Origin: Heterodontus francisci
Lineage: Eukaryota
Assembly (NCBI RefSeq): GCF_036365525.1
Contig: NC_090377.1
Span: 77,485,198-77,549,197, forward strand
Length of the DNA: 64,000 bases
Reading direction: 5' to 3'
Part shown: in pieces, positions 36,001 through 49,728 of the stretch
How the letters are laid out: each line of letters opens with the position of its first letter
Position numbering within the stretch: position 1 is the stretch's first letter
Translations under genes and position numbers: made by a program
Notes under the pieces: generated by a model
What the model was told of the DNA's origin: nothing
Database searches by the model: none
The model's input: only the letters and a program-made list of their open reading frames with translations

Positions 36001-39000
36001 TACTAATAAATACTATTCAAACGATTGCGTGCAGTACTTAACATTGCACCCGTTTTAGAAAGTTAAAGTAGAATTAGCGTAAATGTGTATTTCGAATCTA
36101 TCGAATTTGGTGAGCTCGTTTGAGAAACACTGCCATTTAATAAAAACGCCATGTAGGTCAGCAGGATGAACGACATCAGCAAGAGCCACCTTAGAAAATA
36201 ATTCCAAATAAATACAGCCACCAATTCACCGGAAATTAAGTATGCCAAACCAGTCTCGAGTTGGTCCTTCATATTTTAATTCATATTCATCTATATGCAA
36301 AGCTATATTTCAAAATCAAGGAAGCCATGCATTCGCTAATATTGAAAACGTTACCGTTATTAGCGTGATTATACTTCTAGTTCAAATATTAATTGAAAAG
36401 CATACCGAGACCCCAGTATTTCGGCATTGTGAATTGACTTTCAAATTGAATTAGAAACAGACGAAAATGACCATCGCTATGCTCTTCTAACGGCTGCTGT
36501 TGCTCTTTGGAGATGATTAGTCCTGAGCGTGGTGCTGAATTTCTGAATGCCTTCCTTACGTATTATGCCGCGAGTGCAAATAAATGTGGCACATCATTCC
36601 AGACTGATATTTACATTAATTTATTGGATAATTGCAACTAATACAAATTACTATAGCACCAAAACGTACTGTTGTAACAAGGTTAACGTATTTGCAATAG
36701 TATAACCCAGAGCTTTGGAAATTTGTCCGACATTACGTCGAATTGCTCAGAATCTCTTTTTCATCTCACTTTTATGGGTCGAGCTGCCAGACGGTGTCTG
36801 TACATGTTCTCCAGATACTGGGGGCGCCATAACAAAGTTAAGGTCAAGTTAGTGTCTCTTTTTGGTTTGCACAAGTCTAACATACCTACCGATCGTAGAC
36901 TTTGCTTGACTAATGAGTTTTTTTCACATTCGAAATACTTAATGTTGCGTGCAGTGCAAAGAAAAACAAAGAAGGCGCTAATATTTTGCCTGGAACGTCA
37001 ACGTGAAACAACAGATCGTCGACTTGAAGAATTGCGTAAGAAAAAATACCTCCGACGAACTTGCTTCGTACATCGCCTTTTGTTCCATGTATGTAAGAGA
37101 ATAACGATCCTAACTTATATACTATAAAACACTTAGCTTGCTATACCAGAATCGCCTTTGATTCCTCATCGACGTTAAGCAGCTTGTTCGGTATTTGTCC
37201 ACATTTAGTATTCAAAACATGCCGAACTGGTCATCTGAACACGAGACGAGAACAAAGGACACTTTTAATTCCCTTTCTATTTACAGCTATTGCCACAGTA
37301 TTGAACCGAATCTTTTAGCACCATTGACTAATGTTATTTGATTGCCTAGTTTGTACTAGTACGTATCTTTGTAGCCGTTAATGCTTGGAAATTACATCGA
37401 GGCCATTGCCAGTACATTTACGTTTTACAGCTAATATAAGGAATAACGAACGTCTTATTATAACCAGCATCTAATTAAGTGAATTCTATAGTCTATGAAC
37501 TGAACATACAACGATTATGTTTTTATTAATTATACAAAGGAAATGTTACAAAGGAAATTCAAGAAGAAAATTTTTTAAATGCATCAATATTTATAAGCTA
37601 GGGGGCTCGCATTTCAAATTATTGTGCAGGAATAATGCTCGACACGCTGAACACAATTTAATGCGGGTTTACCTTATTTTGCTGTATCACTGACCACCGA
37701 CGACACGATAGATCACTCAGCTGTGTTACATTAAGATATTTCATTTTTTGATTTAATTCGAGGTTAATTATCATTATTATTTTACAACAAACAAGCAAAG
37801 GCAACACTGCGTTTCAGTTCTCACTAATTAAAACGATGCAATGCCGCATATTTTATGCTGACATCTACCGGACGTCACATTTTATAAATGCGTGTTCAAG
37901 TTTGATGGAGCAAATGCAGCAAACGAATAGAAATTCAGCACATTTGCGGCTTTCAAATCTTTACTTTTGAATCCATATTTTAGGAAAATTATTCTACAAC
38001 CAAAAAATTGCTTCTTCCAGAATCAACACCATATACGTTTTCATTATGTGGAACTTGGGGGTTTCTCCTCAGATTACTCATGTTTATTGTATAGAATCTT
38101 CATCTAATTGGTAGATACAGACATAATAAATTATATATTTCAATCTGGCCAAAGTAAACAAATATTGATCATACCCAGCGTGCTGCTTGGTCGTACGGGG
38201 AAAAAATGTTGCTCAAATGACATGTAATATTTAATGAGTATATAAAAGTAAATTGGAACAAGAGTAGAATTTTCCCCATAATTGAATATGATTTTTTTTC
38301 CTCCGTGGAGCTCTTTTTTCCCCCCTTAAATCAATTCGGATTTGACAGTTGCATGTAACGATTCGCTTGTAAGACTTTCGCTTTTCTGGTCTTCGCATAA
38401 ATGGGCAGATTACAGACAAAATTTGCAGATTCAAGCACTTTTCAAATAAGAAGCTCACGTTCATGCAAATCAGCCTACTTTATTAGATTTAATATATTAG
38501 GTTCTGCGAATGAGGAAGATTACGGAATAACTCAGCAATATGCCTGTTTTAATTCTCAGATTACTGAAATCACTTTCCAGCTTCCAAACACAAGTTTTTA
38601 TTTTTAGTTATGTATTTTTTAACTTATGCAAATTCGGAATATGAACTTTTGAAATTACAGTGAGAATTTTACACATTGAGCAAACCTTTTTGTTAGGAAT
38701 AATCTAAATATTGTAGTACAACCATAGGTTAATGTTAGTACAAAAGTGGTGCTGCAGTTCTCAAGGCACTAAAGTTCAAAATCGTTTTTAATTTGCATAT
38801 TTACGATTTATATTGCAGATAGCGTTAAATTCACATGGCCGTTGGGTCGTTATTTTGCCAAAAATAAACAATAATATATATGTACTCCAAGTACGAGCGT
38901 AAGTTTTCAAAGAAGAAAAATCGTTTAAGGATGTAACGTAATAAACTAAAAATTAGGGAATGGCTTTACTATTTGCATATTCTTGGCAATAGGATATGCC

Positions 39001-39774
39001 AAACTCGATATTATAAAACGAAGGCAAAGGCTGGAAACCACTAGCTTCAAAATGCAGAAGTGAATAGTGCTGTGTTGGTCCTTTACTTTAAAAGACATAT
39101 TCTACTTAAGTTCCTTACATAGAGACATATAATGAAAATTCTATTACCACGTCAATCCGACCTTGAAGTAGAGTTTAGACTGCATCTTGTAATTCGGTTC
39201 GCCACCACAAAGTAGCTTGGAAATCCACTTTGTTACTCATGATATACTTAGTATAAATAAGTGTATATATTTTAAAATGTAATAATTTGCATTCTGCCTC
39301 TTTGGCAGAATATGGTTTAATATTATGCACATGAACTCAACAGTAAATGAAACAACGCTGATGTTTTTGAAGTTTCCAAATATAGAAAGGTATCTGTGAC
39401 AGACTGTGATGTGTAAACTAAATTACTTGTTATAGTGTTTGCTTTATCCTTAGCCAGAGGACAAATCCTTGGCACTGGGAACCAAACGCATCTACCTTGC
39501 ATCGCCTGAAAGCCGATAGGCTAATTTCGAGAGTATTACCTTCGAGTTCCTAAGGATGGATCTTAATGACCAAAACTGATATATGGTAATTTCTACATTG
39601 GATCACATGACTCGTTTACCCTTAGAATCAATCAAGATGAATTGCACGTCAGCTTGCGTTCCTATTTTTTTTTCTTTCGCAGACCCTGTTCATACGCTTT
39701 TAGAGTAGAATAGATGGAGCATGTTTAACATCATCAATCCTGATAATTCGCCCTCGCAACTCCGAAAACGAAAT

Positions 39775-40378
39775 ATGACAGAGTTTGAAGACCGTAGTAG
39801 CTGCACTTCGAGTATGTATCTACCCAGCTGCACATACTATGTTTCAGCCCCAGATTTCTCGTCGGTGTCAACGTTTTTACCGCCGACTACATCTTGCCAA
39901 ATGACATTTCCTTACTCCTCTAATTTAGCCCAGGTTCAACCTGTCCGAGAACTGTCGTTCAGAGACTACGGGTTAGAACATCCGACTAAATGGCATTACA
40001 GGAGCAACTATGCTCCTTATTGCTCTGCAGAAGAAATAATGCATAGGGACTATATCCAACCACCGACCAGGACGGGAATGCTGTTTAAAAATGATACTGT
40101 ATACAGTCAGCGTGGAAGCTCAAATCCATCTTGCAATTTCTATACCACAGTTGGCAGGAATGGAATACTTCCCCAAGGTTTTGATCAGTTTTTTGAGACA
40201 GCCTATGGGATTTCTGACTCTTCTAATTATGAACAGTTGACCGAAAAGTCCGTGTCTACGTGCCAGAGTATCACAGCATCTGAAAAAGTTTCTTCAGGCC
40301 AGGAGAAAGAAAGTGCAACCGAAAAGAGCACCGTCGAGTCCTCCGGTACCAGTGCGACCGAAAAAAACAGCCTATCCA
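39775..40378 (+). CDS. hoxd11: Homeobox D11 exon 1; spliced CDS 604+233=837 nt, 278 aa
   Basis: Hox11 motifs [48 protein letters not shown]. Donor TCCA|gtaagc, phase 1. Confidence 0.95.
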
Positions 40379-40923
40379 GTAAGCCGGGGTTAGAATACAG
40401 GGCCAACACATTTTGTCACACAGATTTTATGTGAAATTTTATAAGCAGACGAAGGATTTTATATACCCTATAAGATCTGCTTTAAAGTTGTAAAGGTTGT
40501 TTACGACGGGAAATCAATTTAGGTGGGCTTTTTGAATATGAAAAATCACGAATAGTCGATTTTAACTTTCTACCATGAATTCAGTAATGTCATTGCAATT
40601 TTAATGGTGGGGTTTTCTGTTTCTATTCATTGCCAATACTTTTCTTTCATACCAACAATGTGAGGTTTTATTCATGATAGTTTTCTGCGATTGTTGCTTT
40701 CCATATAAATAAAAACAAAATCAAACTTCGTAAAGAAAAGTAATCGACCATATTCAATAAAAAAAACTTCATGAAGAAATAATAAGTGTTTTCAGGATAT
40801 ATTGGATAAGTCGAATCATGAACGTTATTTATATCGTTCCGTGTTGAGTTTAAGGACAAGAAATTAAGAATACGTCTGTTGGTATATGATATTTTGTAAC
40901 TTTTTAAAACATATTTCCACCAG

Positions 40924-41156
40924 CTGCTCTGCGATGCAGAAAGAAAAGATGTCCTTATACCAAATATCAAATCCGGGAACTTGAACGAGAATTTTTCTTC
41001 AATGTCTACATAAACAAAGAAAAACGTTTGCAGTTGTCGAGAATGTTGAACCTCACCGACCGACAAGTGAAAATTTGGTTCCAGAATCGAAGAATGAAAG
41101 AAAAGAAACTTAGCAGAGACCGTCTGCACTTTTTTACTGGCAACCCTTTATTGTGA
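40924..41156 (+). CDS. hoxd11: Homeobox D11 exon 2 (homeodomain)
   Basis: Acceptor tttccaccag|CT. Hand translation [76 protein letters not shown]. Absent from the ORF track. Confidence 0.97.
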
Positions 41157-41936
41157 CTATGATATAACTTTGCTGGATTCTCTTCGACCAAATCCGCATT
41201 GCCTTAGTCAGTATTTATTTACAGAAGGAGTAACTGCAAGTATGAGAGAACTGTTTTGTTGTTCTTATGTGGAAACCAGACAGTCCTTATTAAATCGACG
41301 TAGAATCGGATTTGAGGTGACACGTTTATGCAGGAAACAGGGCCGTAATGTTTATTAGGGAACATTCTTACCTCAACATTTGTGTTATTCGGTTCCAACG
41401 GAAGAGGCTTGATGCTGCGGGATATTCAAGGCAAAAAAAAAGTATGCTCATTTTAAACAATAAATCGGGGTAGCAGAGAAATGGAAACAACGGTTCGTTC
41501 ACAGCGACAGGTCAATCAGATAATATTGTACTTTCTATTTTTGTGTTTAGTCATTGCATAGACAGACTAACCATAATTGCTCAAGTTGTCTGTATTCCCA
41601 TGAAAAGAAAAAATGCATATTTATTATTTTACTTTTTACATTGTATTTCATCAGTTAACTAAAACATACCGTAGCTAGAGATGTAATGCTAATAATTCTG
41701 TTTTAAGGTTATAAACTAGTTGACATTTCATGGTAAATGCATGTATTAGAATGTGTTTTTGTCTCAAATGAATAAAAGCCTTTTATGATATCTTATAAAT
41801 AAAGCTTTTTTTTAAAAAAAAACAGACTATTTGAGTATACTTAAGCAGACCTGATACAGAATGTCACCATTCGCTTCAAAAGATACAAATATTTTTCAGC
41901 TCTGAAATACAGTGCAAACATTGCAATTTAATGTAT

Positions 41937-42015
41937 AAAAGGCAAAGTAATGAGGATGTTGGAAATCTGAAATATAACAGATGCTGCCCGATCTGCTGAG
42001 TATCTCCAGCATTTC
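41937..42015. mobile_element. Second, rearranged relic of the same Penelope-like repeat
   Basis: 41937-41976 resembles the reverse complement of the tail at 19822-19861; 41977-42015 resembles 19779-19817 in forward orientation. Confidence 0.75.
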
Positions 42016-43401
42016 CTACAGTTTGCTGCCCGGCTCATGAATTGTGCGTCTCTGTGAATGTTTCTGTTTAAAAAGATAAGCCGAACGTTGACCTGGTATT
42101 TGCCTATAAACATGACGGTTAATTGCATTTTTTACGTATTTCAATTAAACACATTTATATCTGGGCAATTAATTAACCAATCTATTTCGATTGTATGGTA
42201 ACAAAAAAGACTTTGGTGACGTATATTCAAAATTAAACTGAATTCAAGCAGAAGGGAAGCTCTTAAAATTATAAACAAAATATTCCAACTTGAAGCTCAC
42301 CTCAGTGTCTCTGTGACACAGTAAGTAAGGCTTCTCAGAACTCTTAAGTTTCTTTTGGAATAGAATTGCCAAATTTCCGTGCTGCATGACATAGCAGTGT
42401 TGTTTACAAAACCTTGAACTGTCTAGACAACATCGTAAAGTTCACTACTCCAACCAACTTAATGGCGACTTATTACCCCTTCTAGAAAAGCTTCCGCACT
42501 ATATACCAAACAGAAGAATCGAAAGAAATCAAAGTAAATTTGATTTTAACAAGGAAGAAAAACACAAAGTCAATTAAATTTATAAAGTCTAATGCTTGAA
42601 AAGTAAAAAAAATCTGGATCTCACATAAGTTGTATCAAACAAAACTGTTACGTTTAATAAAGAACGAATGATACTGAAAAAGTAGCATCTCCTCGTGAGC
42701 ATATTAAAGAATATTTTGAAAAGAGAATTCTTATAATGTTGCCTTTGAACTTCTATAATGTCAAGGTCATCACCTTTAACCTTTTTGAAGACATAGGCGC
42801 CTGGTGGCTGTTGACTTGTACTTGCAGTTTCCCTCTTAAAGTAAGACAAAAACTTCAACAACTATAACATGCTACTAATGTGCGCATGCTTCAGGACACA
42901 TCTAGTCAAATGTGGAAATGATCCTTCCGTAAGATGTCTATTTTAGCTGAGTATTTGCTTTTTCCGAAAGTTAGGGTAACAACGCTCCCCAAAGTCTCTT
43001 TGCACAGCATAAATAAACACGAAGGCTCCTTTTTCTTCTATGCTTAGCTGATAGGAAAAACATCTTTCCATGTAGGTTATTCACATGCAAGCTGAACTAG
43101 TCAAAACGTTCATCATACGTCCATACACTATTCCAATCACCCACGAGTGTCTCGGTTTCCATGGAAATGAGAGAAAATGTAATTTACGACTCAATAGTAA
43201 TTTCCAATACAAACCTGACGGTTCGACTTTCTCTGTATCCTTATAACACACAGCACTGCTCTTAAGTGTGATTTTACTGTTTGCATATCTTACTTAAATT
43301 ACCATAACATATAATTTGTTTAGGCTCGTTAACAAAGTGACAAACAGTGGGAAGAGTTTACAGTGATACTCATTGCCAATGGTGGTTGATTCTGCAAGTA
43401 G

Positions 43402-43415
43402 CCACAGGGCGGCGC
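43402..43415 (+). promoter_or_regulatory. Candidate CTCF site between HoxD11 and HoxD10
   Basis: CCACAGGGCGGCGC is a near-consensus core, preceded by an upstream-motif-like CTGCAAGT. Confidence 0.5.
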
Positions 43416-46400
43416 ACTGTAGCTCTATGGTACAGCCCAGACCAGCAATGGAGGGCCGTGGTAATGGCTTTCAGCAATGAGTATGAAATTAACTGAAATA
43501 ATGTAAGTATTACGAACGATAAATTTCTCCTTGTTGCGGCCATATATCTGGAACATCATGTCAAAGTATGGAATTAACTGAGATGCTAATTAATTAAATT
43601 CAACACCGTTCATTACAATCGTAAGTTCATTTGGTTTATTGCTCGCTTCGAAGATTAAGGCGTTACGTTGTCCTCATAATGAGTCCAAAATAAATAAAAG
43701 TCACTTTCCAATTACATTCTTTGAGGAGATTTGTTAGTCTTTCTTCAGTACATTCGCTTTGTTGATCGAATTTGTTGGGTGCAGAATGCACAAAGTTACA
43801 AAGTAATGGGGCCGGAACAAAGGTTTTGTAACAAACAACGCAAAGATCAAATCAGATCTAGCATATTATTTCAGTAACAACCCCAAATAACATTGTGAAT
43901 GTGTAGAGTAAACTGAGAGGAACGTATTGCCTTTAATTTGAAAAAATGCGCTAAACAGTGTAACAATAGGTGGAAATTGTTAAATCGAGCATACCAAAAA
44001 TACTAAATAATTATATTCATATCCTGGCGATGCGGTCGGCTTAAATGGCAACACAGTATCTGAATCAGCCCTTTCTAAGTACTGTTTTCCTCTTATAGCC
44101 TCTCCGCATTCCAGACAGATTTAACAAGATATGAAATGAATAGTGCTGCATTGTCAAATAATATTTCAGGCTATACATTGCACCTCGGTAATGATGTTAA
44201 GTTTAACCACAGTATTCAGTTTTTCTTAATTGGCAAGGAACGCCGTTTACATCGTTTTGGCCTGTTAAATTCCTTCGCTCTTTTGTCGAAGTGAAAAAGA
44301 ATATTGTCAGAAATATTTACTTCGGCGAGGAAAATCAGTAAGTACCGCATTTTCTCAGAGAGTGGAAACAAGGGATATTTGACGGCAATGTGCTGTGAAC
44401 CATTTAAGTGGAATCAAAGACGCAGCCCGCTGGGCATCCTCAACGTGTAGAATTTTCATCTCTTTTACGAGAAATTGTTTCAGCAATCTGAAATGTTCTA
44501 ATGTATGGAAGGAGATAATCTTTAATCTCTTGCTGCAAACAGAATTAACGCATATTTCCAACATATTTCTAAATTGTCAAAAGCGGCTGATAGCAGTAAG
44601 TGGCATTAATACCCGCTCCAGCGCCATGGATGTTGGTGTATTAAATGGATCGTTTGGCTTGAAATTTCTTATTTGCCCTAAAGAAGATTTCAGAACATGA
44701 GCTCATTGCCTGAACGTGTTCCACTTTCTTGTGACAAGGCTGGAATGTTTATACTTTTCAACTATCTTCTTTTTAGTTTCCTACATTTTAGTCAAATTGT
44801 GTTAGGAGCTTTTGTTTTGTTCTTTAATTATTTGATTTCAAATGCCGAAAAACTTTTGAAAAAATTATTTTATCCTGCCTAGTTATTTTATATGATAACA
44901 TTGCATTAATTTTACTCAGATAAAACGCAACCACAAATGCGCGGACGCATGCAATTTAAAACATAGGAAGGCTAATATTCCGATACGTCTAACTGCTTAT
45001 TGATACACATGATCGTTTGCTGATAGCAAATATCACAGCACTTTATTTAATGTGACAAGGAGCGAAGTGATTTAATTATGTTGGACTCTATTGCTAGTAA
45101 TTTGCAATTTGTAGTAAGGTATAATGAAAGTGGCGGTCGTGTGGACTATAATTTGGCTTTCACTCACAAGTTAACTGAAAACGTTCAGTGACCAAAAATA
45201 TTTCCGACGTATCTACAGGTGGTAACATTAAAGCAACGTTTTGTTATCGACAACTGTGGTGGCAAAGTTAGGTTGACGAAAGCTTTACGTGCATTTTAAC
45301 CGGATTTTATGGAATATCCAGATTGGAATGGATTCATTCAATCTTTTCTGCATTTATCTGATAAACTATAAACAAAAGAGCCGGCCAAAACTGGTGACAC
45401 ACGCTTTATGTTAACAACCTTTAATTGAGACCTAAGCGTGGCAAAACGGTCAAAAAAATCAAGGTGAAAGTGAAGGGTACAAGTGACTGTCGGTTTTATG
45501 GTCACAAGACCATACCAGTTTAGGCTAGTGGGAAAGCTAAAATGAGAATTGTGAGCCTACAGCAAAGCTTAGGGACGACAGCTTGGTTAACGCTACAAGA
45601 AAAACAACGAAACAAACAATTCTGTCTGAACACTTGCAGTGACGTTGCAGTGATTTAAAATTATTCGATCAATTTTCTTAGGGATTTGACAAATGTTCTT
45701 TCCATTATTTTTTCTTATTTTCTCAATAGAGTTGTTGTTGTTGAGGTGTGTGTGGGGAGGTGGGGGGCGGATTTCGTCGTATTATATTGCAAATCGCTGC
45801 AAATGTAATACTGTTGCCTTCGCGTCCCTGTTTAAATCTAATATGTATTAAGCTTGCCTTATATAAAATCCTTCCAGCAAATCTCATTCCACGTTGGCGC
45901 TTTATTGCATTACGAGGTTTTAATTAAGGTTCATCATTAGAACTAATTTAAGGAGGATTGTGTGTAACATTTCTCCCATAAACAGCTTATAAGTACGTTA
46001 TTAAACATTGAAGTATCGTTCGGAGACTAATCAGTCAGCTCGCTTTCTAGTTGCTATTAATATAACCTATCCTTTGCTAAAACTTGGCTCTGCGTGAGTT
46101 GAGTGTACCCTCATGATAACTGCATTTGATATTGTAATCTTCTCCGCTGCATACCAGGACACTTCATAGCTCAAAGATTTCATAGCCGCGAGTTCTCGTG
46201 TGTCTGCAGTCGTAATATTTTATGAGTTTTTTTGTCATACTAGGGGTCTTATGATGCAGGTTTACAGACTTATAATTTTATTTCAGTACATTGAAATTAG
46301 CAATGACAATATATCATACAGAACCGCTTGGTACAAGTAAGTTATTTTGTTTACTTGACATGCAATTCTTTGCAATTGGTGCAGTGTAATCTTAAAGGGT

Positions 46401-49400
46401 GATAAATACGATAACACGCTATCATTTGAAATAAACTTATTGATACAACCAACGCCAGGCTAGTGTGTAAATAAGTAATAAATGTAGACGAGAATGTTAA
46501 AGTGGCTTTGTAAATTTAACAAGTTTCCTGCATTGCAATTTATAACTGATAAATATATACATGAATACAAATATACTATGGTGATGCCTCCCTACATAAT
46601 ATTACGGTAACTAAAGTTGCTTGTCTTCAACGTAACCGTTACTATGTAACCGCAAATGTGAGGTACTAGTAAATGGCCGGCAGAAGCCACGGCCACTAAG
46701 CAGCGAATTGCCTTGTCTTGAGTGAAAAAGACTTCATGATCAAATCACTTTTGAGCTATGCATTGCCTTTTCTAAAATCAAGACACCTCGTCTTTTGAAG
46801 TTGTATAATTTTGAGACTGTAATTTGTAAATAAATACCAGTTTTGAATTGTGCAGACGACAAGGCGCTGAGATTTCTCTCGTTCAAGGCTGCAAGAAGTA
46901 TCTGTTGTCTGGAAATAGTGCTGCATCGGTTCTTGTCTGTAGTACTTCCAAAGTCACTACCGCTAGATTATTTGCTTCTGGTCGCTTACAAGCGAAATTA
47001 CCGCCCGTTTGACTTTGTTCACCATGAATTTGAATATTGTTTATAATATGAGGAGGCGTTGCGCAATAAAAACGCACTGCTGGCTCTCGTTCAACAATTC
47101 ATTGTTTATATACGCAAATCATAGAGATTAGCCTATTGCTTAGAACAGTTCTTTAAGTATTATATCATTCCAGGTATAGTCGTGCTATCTACATATGTTT
47201 AATGAATGGTATCCATTATCAAACGTAAAACAGTAGTGGCGAATTGCATTTTATTTTACTAGGATATGAACTCCATTCATGTTTAGGTTGAGTAGGCTTT
47301 AAGCTTTGTGGCGGTTGCAGATTATTGACAGAAGAAATAATAAAAAAGACATGAATAGAATGTAGTATCGATCTATGATTCTGCATTTTACATGTACTCA
47401 CCTCTGTTACACATACATGCGTCCGGGACTCCAAAAACCCAAGAAAATCAATCGTTTTCCCTTTGTACTATACTCTTGCCCTGTCTGTAAGACTAGTTTT
47501 ACATCAGAGCATGTCTACTCTCATTTTTAATGAAGACAAGAAGCTGAATAAATTAATCTGAACTTTATCAATAATATATGATGGTCTCAATTGGACACAT
47601 TGCTGGCTCGGTCATATCGCTCGTCTTTTTATGCCATTTTAAGATTTAGCAAAATTATTTTGCACAGAAAGCAAAATAGGTTAAGAACATTCAGAGCCGA
47701 TTTTAGCGCCTTTTGGAGGCCCTTTGTTAAGACTGTAAGGAACAGGATAGTGATTTATTTTGGAGAAATATACACGCTTTACGATCCAAATAATTGCATT
47801 TTTCTACAAATACTTATTGGAAACAATATTTTGTATGGAGGAGATACGTTACACAACATCAAGGAGTTGTGAACGAAGTTAAATTCGAGCTTATAGTCAT
47901 TACTAGCATGGACCAAACATAAAACTTAAAATGCAGGGACGACGCAGAGCTGATTGTAAAGGTTTAGACTACAAAATCCATCAAATCACAAATAACGATT
48001 TGGAAATTAACAGTCGCAAATTATCTATGAAAAGGATTATATTCATTTAAGAGCAACTTACACGTCTAGCAAGTTTTTAAACTTTTTCTACTGTTTTGTT
48101 CATTTTCAATATTTGTAGAATTGTAAACATTTACATAATCCGAAAAAATCCAAAGATCACATTTACATTCCGAAACAAAATTACAGAAATGAGGACACCG
48201 TAACAGCCTTGACCCTGACACTGTCACCTTCGTAGTTCTTCTTGATAAGTAGAAAACCACTTCAGTTTGGTGTGGATGTCACATTCCTTCTCATACCTGA
48301 TGCCCATCGTTATTTGTATTTTCTTGAACTCTAGAGGGTTCTCCCAATGACCGGACGTGGTCATGTGCTGCTAAATGGTAATTTGCCTCCAGATATTAAG
48401 AAAGTTTGGAATATCGCTTGGAAATGGTGGCAGCACATGAATGCAACTCCACCAGCCAAGCTCAATCCTGAAAACAACAGGCACTATCACTGTTAGCGAT
48501 GGAAAGCAGGCAAATATGCTTTGTGCCTTTCCGTTCTTCTTTCGCGACCGCGGAAACATTTCCGGCCTATTTTGTAGAATGTTTCTTATTGATTATCAAC
48601 AGCGAAGCCACCCACCTGCAGCAGGGAGATGTGTTAGGATCGGAAAGTTAAGGAACAGTTTTTAAGATAAAGTAATAAACTCTCAACTCCAATAATCGTA
48701 TTAAAGGGAAACCACCAAAATTAATGGCAAAAATCGCAAATGCGGCTCTTCCTCAGCCACAGTCTTAAATCTTGGAAGAAGTCTACGCAAATGTTCGAAC
48801 GCAACTACATTACAAAGGTGTATGATATCAACATCAGTATGTCTACACTCTACTGTAGATGTTTTTGTAATGGAAAGAACAGGCGTTCACTGCACAAAGC
48901 ATGATGTAGCTTACAATAATTCAAAATGCGGACTCTGTTATGGCCGCTCGTACCGATCAATTTTACTCACGAAGATTGGTTTAGTATACATCAAGAATAC
49001 TTTTACATACTTTCAGCTACAGTATAATTTAGTTCTATAAGAGCAAGAAATGTATCAATGTATACCGATAGGACTGCAATTTTTTGATTTCATTCATTGT
49101 TGTCACAAAATGTTTGGTTTATATGAAAACAAAGTGTATTTCCCGACTAGTTATACATATAATAAGGGTAATGTGTAGAATGCACACAATGGAATGCCCC
49201 CTTGCAGCACCGGAGTTCCTAGATCATAAAGCTGCTTTGCATTGTTCCATTTCGGCGACGTTTTGTACCAATAACTACGTTTATTATTCCCGATGGCCAG
49301 AAACTGCTGAGGTTTGTATTTTCTTCGGTTTATCTTATGAAAAAAGCTGGTTGCATTTTAGCAAACAGACTAAAAAATAAAGTGCTAATTATTTTACTAT

Positions 49401-49589
49401 TGATGGCGGGGATGAGATTACAGAGTATGAAGTATGAATGTGTTGAAGGGTTTGAATCGGGATCCGTGCGGGATTGCAATGAGCTGGAGCGGACGCCACT
49501 TTGGAATTGGTGTTGTAGGGGTCGCTGTTGTCCACAGTTAAGCTCAAATTCAACTGACTTTGGATCATGTGATGTGCGGGGAGGTAGTG

Positions 49590-49728
49590 CTTCAAGGCCA
49601 TTTTCAAATTCCATTGGCTCAGTAGTCATGTGGTTGTACAGAGGCATCCACAATTACAAAGGGAATGTTTTGTTAGAGATGTCAGCTTACAAAGGACATC
49701 ATCTGCCTTCTTCAAATTACTCTCCAAA
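49590..49728 (+). promoter_or_regulatory. HoxD10 proximal promoter / 5' leader
   Basis: ATTGG (inverted CCAAT) at 49613-49617 and CATGTG at 49627-49632. The leader resembles the mammalian HOXD10 5' region as I recall it. Confidence 0.6.

Noticed and set aside
36723-37127. 134-aa ORF between HoxD12 and HoxD11
   Set aside because: TTG start, no homeobox or other domain, and it overlaps a likely regulatory element.
40668-41129. 153-aa antisense ORF over HoxD11 intron and exon 2
   Set aside because: Antisense shadow of the homeobox plus AT-rich intron; no recognisable protein.
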